Positions 37,011 to 47,794 of a DNA stretch of 60,350 nt are shown piece by piece (position 1 is the stretch's first letter; the number at the start of each line of letters is the position of its first letter). The position numbers and the translations under genes were made by a program. The stretch is from the IMG/VR virus record IMGVR_UViG_3300007735_000768, positions 1 to 60,350 of that record; one strand, 5' to 3'. The notes beneath the pieces were generated by a model, which was not told where the DNA came from, searched no databases, and saw only the letters and a program-made list of their open reading frames with translations. The DNA comes from a virus (Duplodnaviria; Caudoviricetes).

Positions 37011-38158
37011 TGTATCCAACGAGCGGTGCGTTTAAGACGGCAATTGCTGGTGATCATACAGTTATTGCTAAAGCCGAAGTATGGAACGATGATCGAAAAT
37101 TACTTGACCTTGAAATTGATGAAGGCAAAGTAACAGTTAACTTTCGCAATGTTTCTCGCCGAACTTGCGAAATTCATTTAGTGACAACTCGCGATACTGA
37201 TAACTTAGTTCCAGATACAGGATTCGATTATCTCGCACCTTTTGGTAACTTACTAAAAATTTATCGAGGCGTGAGATATACAGACGGCACAGATGAGTAT
37301 GTTCCTCTTGGCGTTTTCGTGATCACCGAAGTTAAAGTATCTGATACAAATGACGGCGTTCAAATTGTTGTTTCAGGAGAAGATAAATCTCTTATTGTTT
37401 CTCGTAATAAATGGACATCAACCTATCAAATGGTTTCAGGAACGCTTGAAGCATCTTTAACTGCTTTATTACAGAACCGCTATCCTGATATTGAAATTAA
37501 CTTCCCGACTACAAATGTGAGTGTTAATCAAGTTGTTTTAGGTGCAGATCGTGGAGTCGATCCATGGAAAGACGCTGTATATCTCGCCGAATTAGTTGGT
37601 TATGATCTTTTTTTTGATGTCAACGGCATTTGCGTCATGAAACAATTTCCAACACTCGATGCCGCAACAGTTGTTGCAACCTATAAAGAGGGAGAAGGAA
37701 CAACAGTCACCTCTCTTGATCGAACAATCTCAACAAAAGAAACCTACAACGGGGTCATTTATACAATTGAAGGATCGCAAGTAACAACCCCTATTCGCGT
37801 CGAAGCATGGGATGAAGACTCAACTAGCCCAACCTATCGCTACGGCGTTTTTGGTTCTGTGCCAACATTTGTTACTACAAGCCTTATTGGAACATCTGCC
37901 GACGCGATCAAGGCGGCTACTTTGCTTCTTAACACCTACATCGGCGCACAAGAGCAAATAACTTTTAAATCGATCGTTGACCCGTCACTAGATGTGAACG
38001 ATGTTATCTATATTAAATCAGAAGGTGCTAAAGTCGACCGCACCGTGATCATTGATCAAATGGATATTCCGCTTCGAGTCGAAGGCGAATTAAATGTCCA
38101 AACCCGAGTTGTGCGCGTTGTTGGTGCTAACGAAATTGTTGCAGTGGGAGATTCATAA
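37010..38158 (+). CDS. Minor tail/baseplate hub protein (DUF5047-like); start revised to 37010
   Basis: LAPFGN...RGVRY.DG..EYVPLGVF, SPTY..G.FG.VP. Confidence 0.75.
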   Translation: MYPTSGAFKTAIAGDHTVIAKAEVWNDDRKLLDLEIDEGKVTVNFRNVSRRTCEIHLVTTRDTDNLVPDTGFDYLAPFGNLLKIYRGVRYTDGTDEYVPLGVFVITEVKVSDTNDGVQIVVSGEDKSLIVSRNKWTSTYQMVSGTLEASLTALLQNRYPDIEINFPTTNVSVNQVVLGADRGVDPWKDAVYLAELVGYDLFFDVNGICVMKQFPTLDAATVVATYKEGEGTTVTSLDRTISTKETYNGVIYTIEGSQVTTPIRVEAWDEDSTSPTYRYGVFGSVPTFVTTSLIGTSADAIKAATLLLNTYIGAQEQITFKSIVDPSLDVNDVIYIKSEGAKVDRTVIIDQMDIPLRVEGELNVQTRVVRVVGANEIVAVGDS

Positions 38159-38604
38159 TGGAAATTGGTTCTTTACTTCAAAAAATTGTTGAGCAAAACC
38201 TTACTTTTGGCATGCACTTTGCAATTGTTACCGCAGTAACAACCCAAGCGGCTTCTACAACAACAGCGACGGGTAGCGTCAGCACAGCAACTAAAGCAGT
38301 AACTTTAAGTGCCGCAAACTCTGCAATTGTTCCGGGCATGGCGGTAACGGGAACCAATATACAAGCCTCAACTTATGTTTATTCTATAAACGGAACGGAC
38401 ATGGTTTTAACAAAAGTAGGCGCGTCAATCAATGCGGCGGCGGCTTTAACATTTTATTCTACTCGTGTTTCTATTCAACTATCAGGAGCATCAACGGCTA
38501 TTACGGGAATCCGATATTTGGCGTCTTACACACCCGCGGTTAATGATGTAGTTGTTTGCTTGACTAATTCAACAGATATTATTGTTTTGGGCAAACTAAC
38601 TTAG
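38158..38604 (+). CDS. Minor tail protein
   Basis: YLASYTPAVNDVV...IIVLGKL. Confidence 0.65.
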   Translation: MEIGSLLQKIVEQNLTFGMHFAIVTAVTTQAASTTTATGSVSTATKAVTLSAANSAIVPGMAVTGTNIQASTYVYSINGTDMVLTKVGASINAAAALTFYSTRVSIQLSGASTAITGIRYLASYTPAVNDVVVCLTNSTDIIVLGKLT

Positions 38605-38649
38605 CGTTTTGCTAAACCAATACAGAGCAACCCTTGTTACCCTTGACCT

Positions 38650-38946
38650 ATGACATTTCTTGAAATTGCTGGCTCTATCGGCGTGATCGGGGGGTCTATT
38701 CTTACGACTCATGTAGTCTTAACGAAATTGGTGTGGAAACCTGTGAAAAAAGCCTTAGTTGATGAAATGAAGAAAGAACTAGATTGCCGTCTAGACCCTA
38801 TCCTTGAACTTGTGTCCCAGTTGAAAACCAACGGGGGATCGCATCTTGCTGATAGAATCGTTAGACTAGAAGAACGACAAACAGGCATTGGTCAGCGAAT
38901 TGATGATGTCTACGATCTTGTCAAAGCGATGAAGGAGTCAAAATGA
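38650..38946 (+). CDS. Membrane protein (NGGS-type, lysis-associated)
   Basis: N-terminal TM, LKTNGGSHLADRI. Confidence 0.65.
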   Translation: MTFLEIAGSIGVIGGSILTTHVVLTKLVWKPVKKALVDEMKKELDCRLDPILELVSQLKTNGGSHLADRIVRLEERQTGIGQRIDDVYDLVKAMKESK

Positions 38947-39251
38947 ACCCTAAGTTCCAAGCAATGCTTGAATCATATCTCCGCAACCTAGCAGGTCAAG
39001 TGATCGGTGCTATTGCGATCGTTGGACACGGCGCAAGCCCAACTACTTTTACAGCCTCACAATGGATCAATGTTTCAAATGCACTATGGGCATCTTTGAT
39101 TCCAGTTGTAGTTCGTTACTTAAATAAGAAAGACCCTGCATTTGGATTGATCGCAGGAAGTGTTCTTAAAGAAGGACAGAAGGCAACTGCAACAGCAATT
39201 AAGAAAACCGCCAAGAAAGCACCTGCTAAAAAGTCAACAAAGGGTAAGTAA
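38943..39251 (+). CDS. Holin-like membrane protein
   Basis: Two hydrophobic segments, RYLNKKDPAFG, basic tail. Confidence 0.6.
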   Translation: MNPKFQAMLESYLRNLAGQVIGAIAIVGHGASPTTFTASQWINVSNALWASLIPVVVRYLNKKDPAFGLIAGSVLKEGQKATATAIKKTAKKAPAKKSTKGK

Positions 39252-39253
39252 CT

Positions 39254-42046
39254 ATGCCAATTACAACCTCTACATCTGGCACTACAACGACTTTTGTTCC
39301 AACAGAGGTTTTGTATGACCCTACCAATAAGTTGCGCGTTGCAACCCCTGAATCACTTATTGATACTGACTTTGAATACGGCACACAGACAACAAAGTGG
39401 GAAAACCTTGCTGTTGTAAATAACATGCCTTTTGCTTATTCAAGTTCAAACTCAATTCCTAATATTGTTTCAATGCAGTTTGTTGCAGGTTCTCGTCAAG
39501 TAATCGTGACTCTTGGTTCAGGAACAGCACCTGCAAACGGAACTCCTATCTATGTTCAAGACGCATTACTTTCACCTGCAAATGGAAACTTTATTGTTGA
39601 AACAGGTGGCGGCACAACAGTTTGGACATTTAAGGCTCGCGCAACAAATAACAGTTCATTTACCGCAATTTTTGATCCTAATAAAACAGCCATTTATGCT
39701 GGAACTTTATTTACAAACGCACCTATTTCGCCACAAGGCACATACATTGTTAACACAAGCAATAGACAAGTCAAAGTAACAACAACCACACCTCATGGAC
39801 TTGCAATTGGTAACGAAATTATTGTTACTGGTATTACTGGCACAAACCCACCTAATGGTATGTGGGAAGTTGCATCGATCGAATCACCAACAATTTTTGC
39901 TTACTATGTTGACTCTGCATCAGGAACGCCATCTGCGTTAACTGTTTCAAGTATGAATCTTTATGTCCGACCTTCCGCTCAATTCCTGCACCGCCCATTT
40001 GATGGTGGTGTTATTTTCTCATCTAACGGCAATTCAAATTATGAAGCCGCAGTTCGCCAAACTCGTCGTTATTTCCGTTACCAATCAGGTAAAGGTATTC
40101 AGATTTCATCTGGAACGATCATTAAGCCAACACTTCAAGTTGACTCTATAACCGCAAGTGGAACAACAGTTACAGTTCAAACAAAAGAACGCCATAATTT
40201 GTGGACAGGCGCAACAGTTGTTGTTTCAGGTGTTACAAATGACAATACCTACAACGGAACATTCGTAGTTACTCGAGTAATTTCCTACAATTCATTTAGT
40301 TACACCGCAGGAACAACTCCCGTTAATTTAACTGCAACAGGACCTTTTATTGTTGCTGTTTCAAATTGGTATGGTGCGATCAATCGCCTTGGTTTGTTTG
40401 ATGATCAAAATGGTGTTTTTTTTGAATACGACGGACAGCAAATTTATGCTGTTCGACGAACATCAACATTCCAACTTCCGGGAAGATATACAGTAACAAG
40501 CGGTTCTGATCAAGTAACGCGAACATCTGTTTCGTTCCCAACCGCAAACCTTAGTCAGTTAAACATTGGCGAGTTTGTAGTTATTCGTGGCATGTCATAC
40601 CGAATTATTGGTATTACAGATGACAACACAATGACAATTAGCCCTGCCTATCGCGGTTCAACAGCAACTATGGTTCAAGTGACAAAGACAGTTGATACAC
40701 GCATTCCACAGTCACAATGGAACATCGACAAGATGGACGGCACAGGAACTAGCGGTTACAACCTTGATTTAACTAAAATGCAGATGTTCTATATCGACTA
40801 CACATGGTATGGCGCAGGTGCAATCCGTTGGGGATTCCGCGCAACTAATGGTCAAGTCACTTATTGCCATCGCATAGCAAATAACAATGTGAACGCAGAG
40901 GCTTACATGCGATCAGGAAACCTTCCTGCTCGTTACGAAACACGCATGGAACCACCATACACTCGCCTTGCTGGAACATTAACTGGCGCGGCTGGAACTA
41001 TGCAAGTTGTTGACACCTCTGCCTTCCCATCATCTGGAGTATTGCTTGTTCGCGACAATACAAAGTGCGAATATGTTTCCTACACAGGCAAAACAGCAAC
41101 AACATTTACAGGTTTGCAACGGTCACTCGCTGGAATTCCTGGGGGTGTTGCAACAACTGTTGCCGCAGGACAGAATCAAATTACTGTCGCATCGACCGCA
41201 CTCCTTATGAGAGGCATGCGCCTTTATGATCTTGCAACAGGTTACTTGCCCGAAGGTGCATTTATTCAATCAATTGATAGCGCAACGCAATTCACTTCAA
41301 GTGTTGCGGTGACAGGACCTAATCCAACTATAACTATTCCACCAATGGATAATGGTTCACCACAAGTGTTCACATTCACAGCACTCACAGGTGCTCCAAT
41401 CTTGGTCGAATTATCACAACCAACATATGCACCAACTATTTCTCACTGGGGAACATCGGTGATCATGGATGGTCGCTTTGATGAAGATAAGTCGCTCATC
41501 TTTACATATGGACAAACTGTCTTTACAAACATTGCCTCTAACGCAACGAAGGCTCTTATGAGTATTCGCGTTGCACCTTCGGTCGATAATGGTATTGGCG
41601 CGGCGTTTGGTGTTCGTGAATTGATTAACCGCATGCAGTTGAAACTTGTTTCACTTGGTGTAACTTGTAAAACACCTTCATCAAACTATTTGATTACAGC
41701 AGTTATCAATGGCGTTCCGTCATCTGCAACATCATGGACAAGCCCAACTGGTAACTCCGCGACACTAACAAACTCATCGCTTGCGCAGATTGCCGATTAT
41801 CAGGGCGGTTCAACTACAATTACTGGTGGAGAAACAACTGGTGGCTTCCTTTCACAAGGAACAGACACACTTGATCTTCGTAACTTGCGTGACTTAGGTA
41901 ATGCAATTATGGGCGGGGGTTCAACATTGGCGAATCAGCAGATTTTCCCTGATGGTCCCGATGTCCTTACATTCCTAGTAACAAATATCTCAGCGGCGGC
42001 TATTGATGTAGCAGGTCGTGTTTCATGGACAGAAGCACAGGCATAA
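39254..42046 (+). CDS. Large beta-rich virion/fibre protein
   Basis: PESLIDTDFEYG, RQTRRYFRYQSGKG, IDYTWYGAG, YMRSGNLPARYE. Confidence 0.75.
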   Translation: MPITTSTSGTTTTFVPTEVLYDPTNKLRVATPESLIDTDFEYGTQTTKWENLAVVNNMPFAYSSSNSIPNIVSMQFVAGSRQVIVTLGSGTAPANGTPIYVQDALLSPANGNFIVETGGGTTVWTFKARATNNSSFTAIFDPNKTAIYAGTLFTNAPISPQGTYIVNTSNRQVKVTTTTPHGLAIGNEIIVTGITGTNPPNGMWEVASIESPTIFAYYVDSASGTPSALTVSSMNLYVRPSAQFLHRPFDGGVIFSSNGNSNYEAAVRQTRRYFRYQSGKGIQISSGTIIKPTLQVDSITASGTTVTVQTKERHNLWTGATVVVSGVTNDNTYNGTFVVTRVISYNSFSYTAGTTPVNLTATGPFIVAVSNWYGAINRLGLFDDQNGVFFEYDGQQIYAVRRTSTFQLPGRYTVTSGSDQVTRTSVSFPTANLSQLNIGEFVVIRGMSYRIIGITDDNTMTISPAYRGSTATMVQVTKTVDTRIPQSQWNIDKMDGTGTSGYNLDLTKMQMFYIDYTWYGAGAIRWGFRATNGQVTYCHRIANNNVNAEAYMRSGNLPARYETRMEPPYTRLAGTLTGAAGTMQVVDTSAFPSSGVLLVRDNTKCEYVSYTGKTATTFTGLQRSLAGIPGGVATTVAAGQNQITVASTALLMRGMRLYDLATGYLPEGAFIQSIDSATQFTSSVAVTGPNPTITIPPMDNGSPQVFTFTALTGAPILVELSQPTYAPTISHWGTSVIMDGRFDEDKSLIFTYGQTVFTNIASNATKALMSIRVAPSVDNGIGAAFGVRELINRMQLKLVSLGVTCKTPSSNYLITAVINGVPSSATSWTSPTGNSATLTNSSLAQIADYQGGSTTITGGETTGGFLSQGTDTLDLRNLRDLGNAIMGGGSTLANQQIFPDGPDVLTFLVTNISAAAIDVAGRVSWTEAQA

Positions 42047-42109
42047 AATCGAGGTAACAAAATAAACAAATCTTCAAATAAGAAGAACCCCACCCAAGTA
42101 GCAAGTCGG

Positions 42110-44299
42110 GTGGGGTTTTTTCTTTCCGTTTTGTCACTAGCGTTTTCATTCAATGTTGCGTTAGATTCTACTGACGCGTCTGCAAGTTGTGTCACAACCG
42201 CTCAATCAATTGCAACAGCGCAAACCGCGCCTGTCACTTTAAACGAAACTGTTACGGCGACAACAGAAGGACAAACAGTTACATCGACTCCTGTGATCGT
42301 TCAAGATACTTGCGGCGGCGATGATGTTTCGTATCAAGTTGCACTTCCAACAGCAGTTAACTTTGGTGGAACAACTTACAACGCAGTTTATGCAACAACT
42401 AACTCAACAATTATTTTTGGGCGACAAGACAACACTTATCACACATGGCCGTCTAGTCCTTCAATTTCAGTTAACGCCTATGACTGGGTTGTTTTAAATC
42501 CTGCCAATCAGCCTCAATATCCCGCAGGTTGGAAAGCGGAAGATGAGCATTTAATTATTTCTTCAAGTCAGGCGGGTTTTCAAGTAGACCTTGCTGTTCG
42601 ACCATATGGTGCAAATGCCGCGGGAACGCCTTTGTCTACGATCGTTGTAACTGCCGCGATCAATCCTGACAACACTTTAAGTATTACTTATCTGTCTGAT
42701 GTTCAGGCGGGGTTGCAGACTCGAACTGGCGTTGTAATGCCTGACGGAACTCATCTGACTCTTGAACAAGCGGGAATGACTCGAGTATATGTTGCTCCTG
42801 TGGTAACGCCTGAATCAATTGCCACGCCGTCACCAACTCCAACACCCGAACAAACCCCCACACCGACACCGACCCCAACAGTAGAGCCGACACCCACACC
42901 CATTCCATCGCCTACTCCTTCACCATCGCCAACGAATTTGCCCGATCCAACGCCATCTCCAAGTCCGACATCCGAACCAACGCAGTCGCCAACTCCGACT
43001 CCTTCGCCAACAACAGAGCCTTTACCTTCACCAACTCCTTCTCCAACGAGTCCTGCCCCAACACCAACTCCGTCTGAACCTGCTGTAACTCCAACTCCAA
43101 CGCCTTTACCACAGCCTTCCAATAGTTCTCCGTCGCCTGAACCATCTCCTACTCCTTCCGTCGAACCTTCTCCAACTCCGACTTCAACACCTGAACCTGC
43201 ACCTGTTCCCACACCAACGCCTGTTCCAACGCCCGAACCCGCGCCTCAACCTGTTCCCGTTCCTCAGCCCGTTCCCGAACCTTTGCCTTCTCGTCCTGAA
43301 CCACCGATAGCACCACCAACACAACCAACGGCGCCAGTAGAGCCAATGCCACAACCATTGCCACAACCTGAACCTGCCCCTGAACCTGCACCCGAACCCC
43401 CTGTTGTTGACAACAATCCTACTCCTGAACAACCGCCCGCAGAAGCCCCATCAGAACCCGTAGAACCGCCACCAGCGGTCGAAGAACCCCCAGTTGCTAT
43501 TCCTGACCCCGAAGGATCAATTGGCGAGCCTCCTACGCCTGTGGAAGAAGCGCCAGCCCCACCAACAGAAGAACCGCCAGCAGTTGAAGAGCCAGCACCA
43601 ATCGACCCACCTGCCGAGGAACCTGTTGCCCCCGAGTTGCCACCTGAAATACCAGCAGAACCACCATTAGTAGAACCAGAGCCAAGTAATCCGTCACCTG
43701 AACCATTAGAGCCTCCTGTTGTTACGGCGGAAACATGGGAACCGCCCGTTGCACCTGAAGAATACTTGAGTTCTGAAGAAATACAAGCCTACAAAGAAAT
43801 TGGCATTGTTCCTAACAGCGTTGATCAATTACCAACAGACAAACCGAAGTTACCTGACGCATCAGAATTAGTTCCACGCGTTCAACAAGATGTTAAAGGT
43901 GTTGAAAACGGCGGCATTGAATTCTTTGGAACAAAAGATCAACCACAAGTTATTGGCGAAGACGGCAAATTAACACCGCCGCCACCACCGCCTAATTCGG
44001 GATTACCAATCGATCCCGATGCGATCACAACCGAGGAAACATTTCTTGGTCAAGTCGGTGGAGTGACTTTTAACTCTCCCGATGTTGCAGTTGTTGTAGA
44101 ATTAGTCGAAGTCAGCGTTCCTGACTTGATCGATGCGATCCCAAGCGCAGGTGAGGCAATTCAAGCAATAAATACCGCTTATGTTGCGCTCGCCAATGTT
44201 GGTAATGATATGAGTCCCGTGACTCGTAAAAAGGCTAAGAAAGTCTTAGTCGGAACCATTATCGCTAGTCCTTTATTTAGAAGGAAGTTTGGGGAGTAA
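42110..44299 (+). CDS. Secreted/surface proline-rich protein
   Basis: Signal peptide, globular N-domain, ~300-aa PT/PS/PE stalk, basic-hydrophobic C-terminus. Confidence 0.75.
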   Translation: MGFFLSVLSLAFSFNVALDSTDASASCVTTAQSIATAQTAPVTLNETVTATTEGQTVTSTPVIVQDTCGGDDVSYQVALPTAVNFGGTTYNAVYATTNSTIIFGRQDNTYHTWPSSPSISVNAYDWVVLNPANQPQYPAGWKAEDEHLIISSSQAGFQVDLAVRPYGANAAGTPLSTIVVTAAINPDNTLSITYLSDVQAGLQTRTGVVMPDGTHLTLEQAGMTRVYVAPVVTPESIATPSPTPTPEQTPTPTPTPTVEPTPTPIPSPTPSPSPTNLPDPTPSPSPTSEPTQSPTPTPSPTTEPLPSPTPSPTSPAPTPTPSEPAVTPTPTPLPQPSNSSPSPEPSPTPSVEPSPTPTSTPEPAPVPTPTPVPTPEPAPQPVPVPQPVPEPLPSRPEPPIAPPTQPTAPVEPMPQPLPQPEPAPEPAPEPPVVDNNPTPEQPPAEAPSEPVEPPPAVEEPPVAIPDPEGSIGEPPTPVEEAPAPPTEEPPAVEEPAPIDPPAEEPVAPELPPEIPAEPPLVEPEPSNPSPEPLEPPVVTAETWEPPVAPEEYLSSEEIQAYKEIGIVPNSVDQLPTDKPKLPDASELVPRVQQDVKGVENGGIEFFGTKDQPQVIGEDGKLTPPPPPPNSGLPIDPDAITTEETFLGQVGGVTFNSPDVAVVVELVEVSVPDLIDAIPSAGEAIQAINTAYVALANVGNDMSPVTRKKAKKVLVGTIIASPLFRRKFGE

Positions 44300-44468
44300 T
44301 GAAGCAATTCTTAGGAGATATGGCATCTCAAATTTTTACTTTTGTTGGTTTGTTTTGTGCATGGTTAGTTTTAACAGGTAGCGCAAAAACAGTTGTTGGT
44401 TACGCAATCCTCATCTCTACCTTCTTATGGATGGTCACTTACCCTTTAAGAAAAGAAGATGACGATGA
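44299..44468 (+). CDS. Small two-TM membrane protein (not in ORF track; end approximate)
   Basis: [38 protein letters not shown]...; TAATG coupling. Confidence 0.5.
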
Positions 44469-44710
44469 ATAGTTTATTGAATGTATTGATGCGCATAGTT
44501 GCGGTGTTTGCCGCTTCTGCGTTGCCTATCATTGGTGCAGGGTCAGTATTTGGTATGGATGTCATTAAATCTATGCTCATGGCGGGATTACTAGGCGTTT
44601 CAACGGTAGTTGAAGCCCTTGCTCGCGCCTTCCTCGATGATGGTAAATTAAGCAAACAAGAAATCAACGATGCCTTTGCCAAGGTCGATCGTAAAAAACC
44701 TAAGGAGTAA
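44459..44710 (+). CDS. Holin-like membrane protein
   Basis: Two TM segments, DDGKLS..EINDAF; directly before endolysin. Confidence 0.6.
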   Translation: MTMNSLLNVLMRIVAVFAASALPIIGAGSVFGMDVIKSMLMAGLLGVSTVVEALARAFLDDGKLSKQEINDAFAKVDRKKPKE

Positions 44711-44712
44711 AA

Positions 44713-45186
44713 ATGGCATTAGATGTAAAGAAATTACTTGCGCTTTGTGAGGCTTCGGTCGGATATACAGAAGGTGCAAACAACGATACTACTTTTGGTA
44801 AGTGGTTCGGACTCAACAACCAACCTTGGTGCGCGATGTCTGCTTCAAAGATGTATTTTGATGCTGGTGCAATCGAGTCAGTTGCTAACACCAAAAAAGG
44901 TTTCGCGTCATGCGATGCGTGGTTAAAGTATTTGACCAAAAACAACCAAACTGTACCAATCGGACAAGCACAGGCTGGCGATGTAGTTTTCTTCCAATTT
45001 GACGAAGATGCTCAGGCTGATCATGTTGGTATTGTGAAGGGTCACAATACTACCCTCAAAGTCCTTTATGTATATGAAGGCAACACTTCAAGCGGTAAGG
45101 CTGGCTCTCAATCCAATGGCGACGGCTACTACCTAAAGAAGCGCGACTACAAAACGATCATGGCAGTTGGTCGACCAAAAGCATAA
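44713..45186 (+). CDS. Endolysin, CHAP domain
   Basis: QPWCAM, AGDVVFF, DHVGIV, EGNTS. Confidence 0.9.
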   Translation: MALDVKKLLALCEASVGYTEGANNDTTFGKWFGLNNQPWCAMSASKMYFDAGAIESVANTKKGFASCDAWLKYLTKNNQTVPIGQAQAGDVVFFQFDEDAQADHVGIVKGHNTTLKVLYVYEGNTSSGKAGSQSNGDGYYLKKRDYKTIMAVGRPKA

Positions 45187-45200
45187 TTTGTAATAAACTA

Positions 45201-45313
45201 AAAAAGGAAGCAAGGCTCTTACCCCAAGTAAAAGAGCCTTGCTTCTTTTTCTATTATCGCAGATGCACTAATTAAAAAAGGCAAGACCCTCGCAATGAAG
45301 GTCTTGCCTTTTT
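45201..45313. terminator. Two tandem bidirectional intrinsic terminators
   Basis: AAAAAG-GAAGCAAGGCTCTT/AAGAGCCTTGCTTC-TTTTT (45201-45250) and AAAAAAGGCAAGACC/GGTCTTGCCTTTTT (45274-45313). Confidence 0.85.
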
Positions 45314-45473
45314 ACAACCGCCAACTTAATGGCTACCACGAAGTTGCAATGATGAGTATGTCAGAGGTGGCGTGTAAATTTCAAATTGTGTCGATGGTTG
45401 TTTATTTACTAAACGGGCATTATGTTTCGATAGTCGAAAGACACTCCTACAAACCACGAAAGGAGACAAACAA

Positions 45474-45977
45474 ATGAATCTACGCGAAACCGCTTTGCGA
45501 CTAGCCGCAATTACAGTTGTGGCAGATGCCGCGAAAGATGCGAAAGACAGGCTCCGTGATCAATTTGCAGAACAGTTAAATGCTGTTGGTGCAGATGCCG
45601 CAAAAGCCTCGCTCGACGATACGGAAATTGCTAAAGTTTCTCTTGTTAGTCCCAAGTCAAGTGCAACAGTAGTTCATGAAACAGCGTTCATTAAGTTCGT
45701 TGAAAACATCATGCCTACTGAAATTGTTAAATCAGTTCGCGACAGTTACAAGAAAGTGTTTCTTGAAAATTGCGTGAATGTTGATGGCAAAACAATCTAT
45801 ATACCAACGGGTGAAGTTGTTGATTTCATCAGTTTCAAGAATCGTGAATCTTATGTTAGTTGCAGATTCGCAACAGGAGGGCGCGAGGCAATTGCTGACG
45901 CGTTCCGATCAGGAACATTAAATCCTGCTCAATTGCTCGATGAAGAACCCGCAGAAATTGAGGGTAGTCATGTCTGA
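45474..45977 (+). CDS. Hypothetical protein (recombination module)
   Basis: CCACGAAAGGAG box; upstream of ERF. Confidence 0.7.
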   Translation: MNLRETALRLAAITVVADAAKDAKDRLRDQFAEQLNAVGADAAKASLDDTEIAKVSLVSPKSSATVVHETAFIKFVENIMPTEIVKSVRDSYKKVFLENCVNVDGKTIYIPTGEVVDFISFKNRESYVSCRFATGGREAIADAFRSGTLNPAQLLDEEPAEIEGSHV

Positions 45978-46608
45978 TCAAAAACCAACAATTCATGAGT
46001 CAATGGCAAAGGTCATGGCAAGCGTTTCATCGGTTGCTAAAAAAGATAAAAACACCTCACAGGGTTTTAACTTTCGAGGTATTGATGCGGTATTAAATGC
46101 CGTAGCCCCTGCATTGCGTGAACATGGTGTGATCGTGATGCCTAAAGTCAAATGGCATGAATACAAGACAGTTGAAGTTGGTCAAAAGCGAACTCAAATG
46201 GCGCATGTCATTATCTCAGTTGTCTACACATTCACAGGTGTTGCAGGTGATTCTATTGAATGTGAAGTGTTGGGCGAGGCGATGGATTCAGGTGATAAGG
46301 CAGTTGCAAAAGCGATGTCCGTTGCCTTTCGAATTGCATTACTTCAAGCACTCGCATTACCAACAGATGAACCCGATCCTGACTCATACAGTTATGAACG
46401 ATCTGAGGCAAAACCTCACGCAACCATTGATCAAGTTGAAGCATGGAAAATGCGCATACTCGACGCGGTTGATGGTCAAGTCCTTGAATACATCAGACAA
46501 GAGTTATCAAACTTTGAATTTTCTGATGCACTTCGAAATGATTTGGCAAGTGTCTACACGACACGCTTGAAAGACCTTAAAACACCAAAGGTCACACAAC
46601 AGCAATAG
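45970..46608 (+). CDS. ERF-family single-strand annealing protein; start revised to 45970
   Basis: FNFRGIDAV, GEAMDSGDKAVAKAMSVAFR..LLQ..ALPT..DPD. Confidence 0.88.
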   Translation: MSDQKPTIHESMAKVMASVSSVAKKDKNTSQGFNFRGIDAVLNAVAPALREHGVIVMPKVKWHEYKTVEVGQKRTQMAHVIISVVYTFTGVAGDSIECEVLGEAMDSGDKAVAKAMSVAFRIALLQALALPTDEPDPDSYSYERSEAKPHATIDQVEAWKMRILDAVDGQVLEYIRQELSNFEFSDALRNDLASVYTTRLKDLKTPKVTQQQ

Positions 46609-46624
46609 AAATTGTTGTATTGTT

Positions 46625-46945
46625 CGCGACCCGTCAGACATTGGCGGGTCGCGTTCATTTTGCCGATAGAAAGGCGTTAAACATCTAGCACGACTCATCA
46701 TCGTGTCACCCCGTTAGATGGGTTAGTTTTGCTTTGCAATGATGATGTAAGGCGTAGCGGTAAAACGATAAGCCGCGAGCATGATCAATATGTCTAAAAC
46801 GAGTTGCCTAGACATGATCATCAATTGATTATGCAAATAGCGCAACTGTCGCACTTGTAGTGAGTGCGACCTATCGACATGACCGAACCGAAGGGTGACG
46901 AGAAATTAGAGATAGTCCACACAAGGCTATCTCTAATCACTCCCT
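46625..46945. ncRNA. Candidate structured non-coding RNA or structured origin
   Basis: At least six hairpins in a gene-free stretch of an otherwise densely coded genome. Confidence 0.5.
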
Positions 46946-46978
46946 CTAGGATCGGAGAAATAATGATAAGGTGACCAA

Positions 46979-47362
46979 ATGGCAAAACGAAACACAGGTC
47001 CGACAAAAGAAGTTCGTGAAATGGTTTTAGATAGAGCAAAACATCGTTGCGAAAAATGCGGCAGTCTGCTCGGCATGAATATGTCTTATTCCATACATCA
47101 TCGAATTCCTCGCGGCATGGGTGGGTCTGATCGCGCTGAATTAAATCAACCTTCAAATTTGCTCGCGTTATGCGGTTCGGGAACAACAGGTTGCCATGGG
47201 TGGGTGGAATCGCATCGATCGGACTCTTATGAGGACGGCTGGTTATGCTATCGAAATGACGACCCCAAGACAGTCATGGTCAAAGTTGCAGATTCTCAGC
47301 CCATGAGTGATAAGTTTCAGTATGTCTATCTCACAGATGACGGAACATACCAACCCGTCTAA
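46979..47362 (+). CDS. HNH endonuclease
   Basis: RCEKCG...IHHRIPRGMGG...NLLALCGSGTTGCHGWVE. Confidence 0.9.
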   Translation: MAKRNTGPTKEVREMVLDRAKHRCEKCGSLLGMNMSYSIHHRIPRGMGGSDRAELNQPSNLLALCGSGTTGCHGWVESHRSDSYEDGWLCYRNDDPKTVMVKVADSQPMSDKFQYVYLTDDGTYQPV

Positions 47363-47792
47363 ACCTTGCACAACCTGTGGCGCGTTTTCAGGTGATCAAT
47401 GTGCTGAAGGATGTCTTGATCAAATGATCACTTATCGAATTGAATATGGCGCACGACCTTGGACAACAAACAGCGAGCGCGCAGGAAATCGATGGGAACG
47501 CGCAAAAAATGTTAAAGAGTGGCGCGAGGCGTTTTTTTATTTAACCAAAGCACAAAAAATACCAAAACTCAAATGGGCTACGATCACAATTGAACCTTGG
47601 CAAAAAGGTGGCGTGTTTCAAGATGTTGCATCGTGTAATCCCGCGTCTAAAGCGGCAATTGATGGGATCGTAGATGCTGGTGTGCTTGACGATGACTCAC
47701 CGCAGTATCTAAGATCGGTTACATTCCTGAGACCACAACGCGGAAAAAATGCTATGGTTCTCTACCTACATGGGGTTAAGCAAGAGGGGTAA
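47334..47792 (+). CDS. RusA-like Holliday junction resolvase (start uncertain)
   Basis: DVASC.P..KAAIDGIVDAGVLDDD. Confidence 0.7.
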   Translation, partial: QMTEHTNPSKPCTTCGAFSGDQCAEGCLDQMITYRIEYGARPWTTNSERAGNRWERAKNVKEWREAFFYLTKAQKIPKLKWATITIEPWQKGGVFQDVASCNPASKAAIDGIVDAGVLDDDSPQYLRSVTFLRPQRGKNAMVLYLHGVKQEG

Positions 47793-47794
47793 TT

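Noticed and set aside
39254-42046. Diversity-generating retroelement target or invertible fibre cassette
   Set aside because: No reverse transcriptase, invertase or template/variable repeat pair seen
42684-43432. Several minus-strand G/V-rich ORFs
   Set aside because: Shadow frames of the low-complexity proline-rich gene
46625-47362. IscB/HEARO (OMEGA) RNA-guided nuclease
   Set aside because: HNH is only 127 aa with no RuvC or PLMP segments; kept only as a generic structured-element finding
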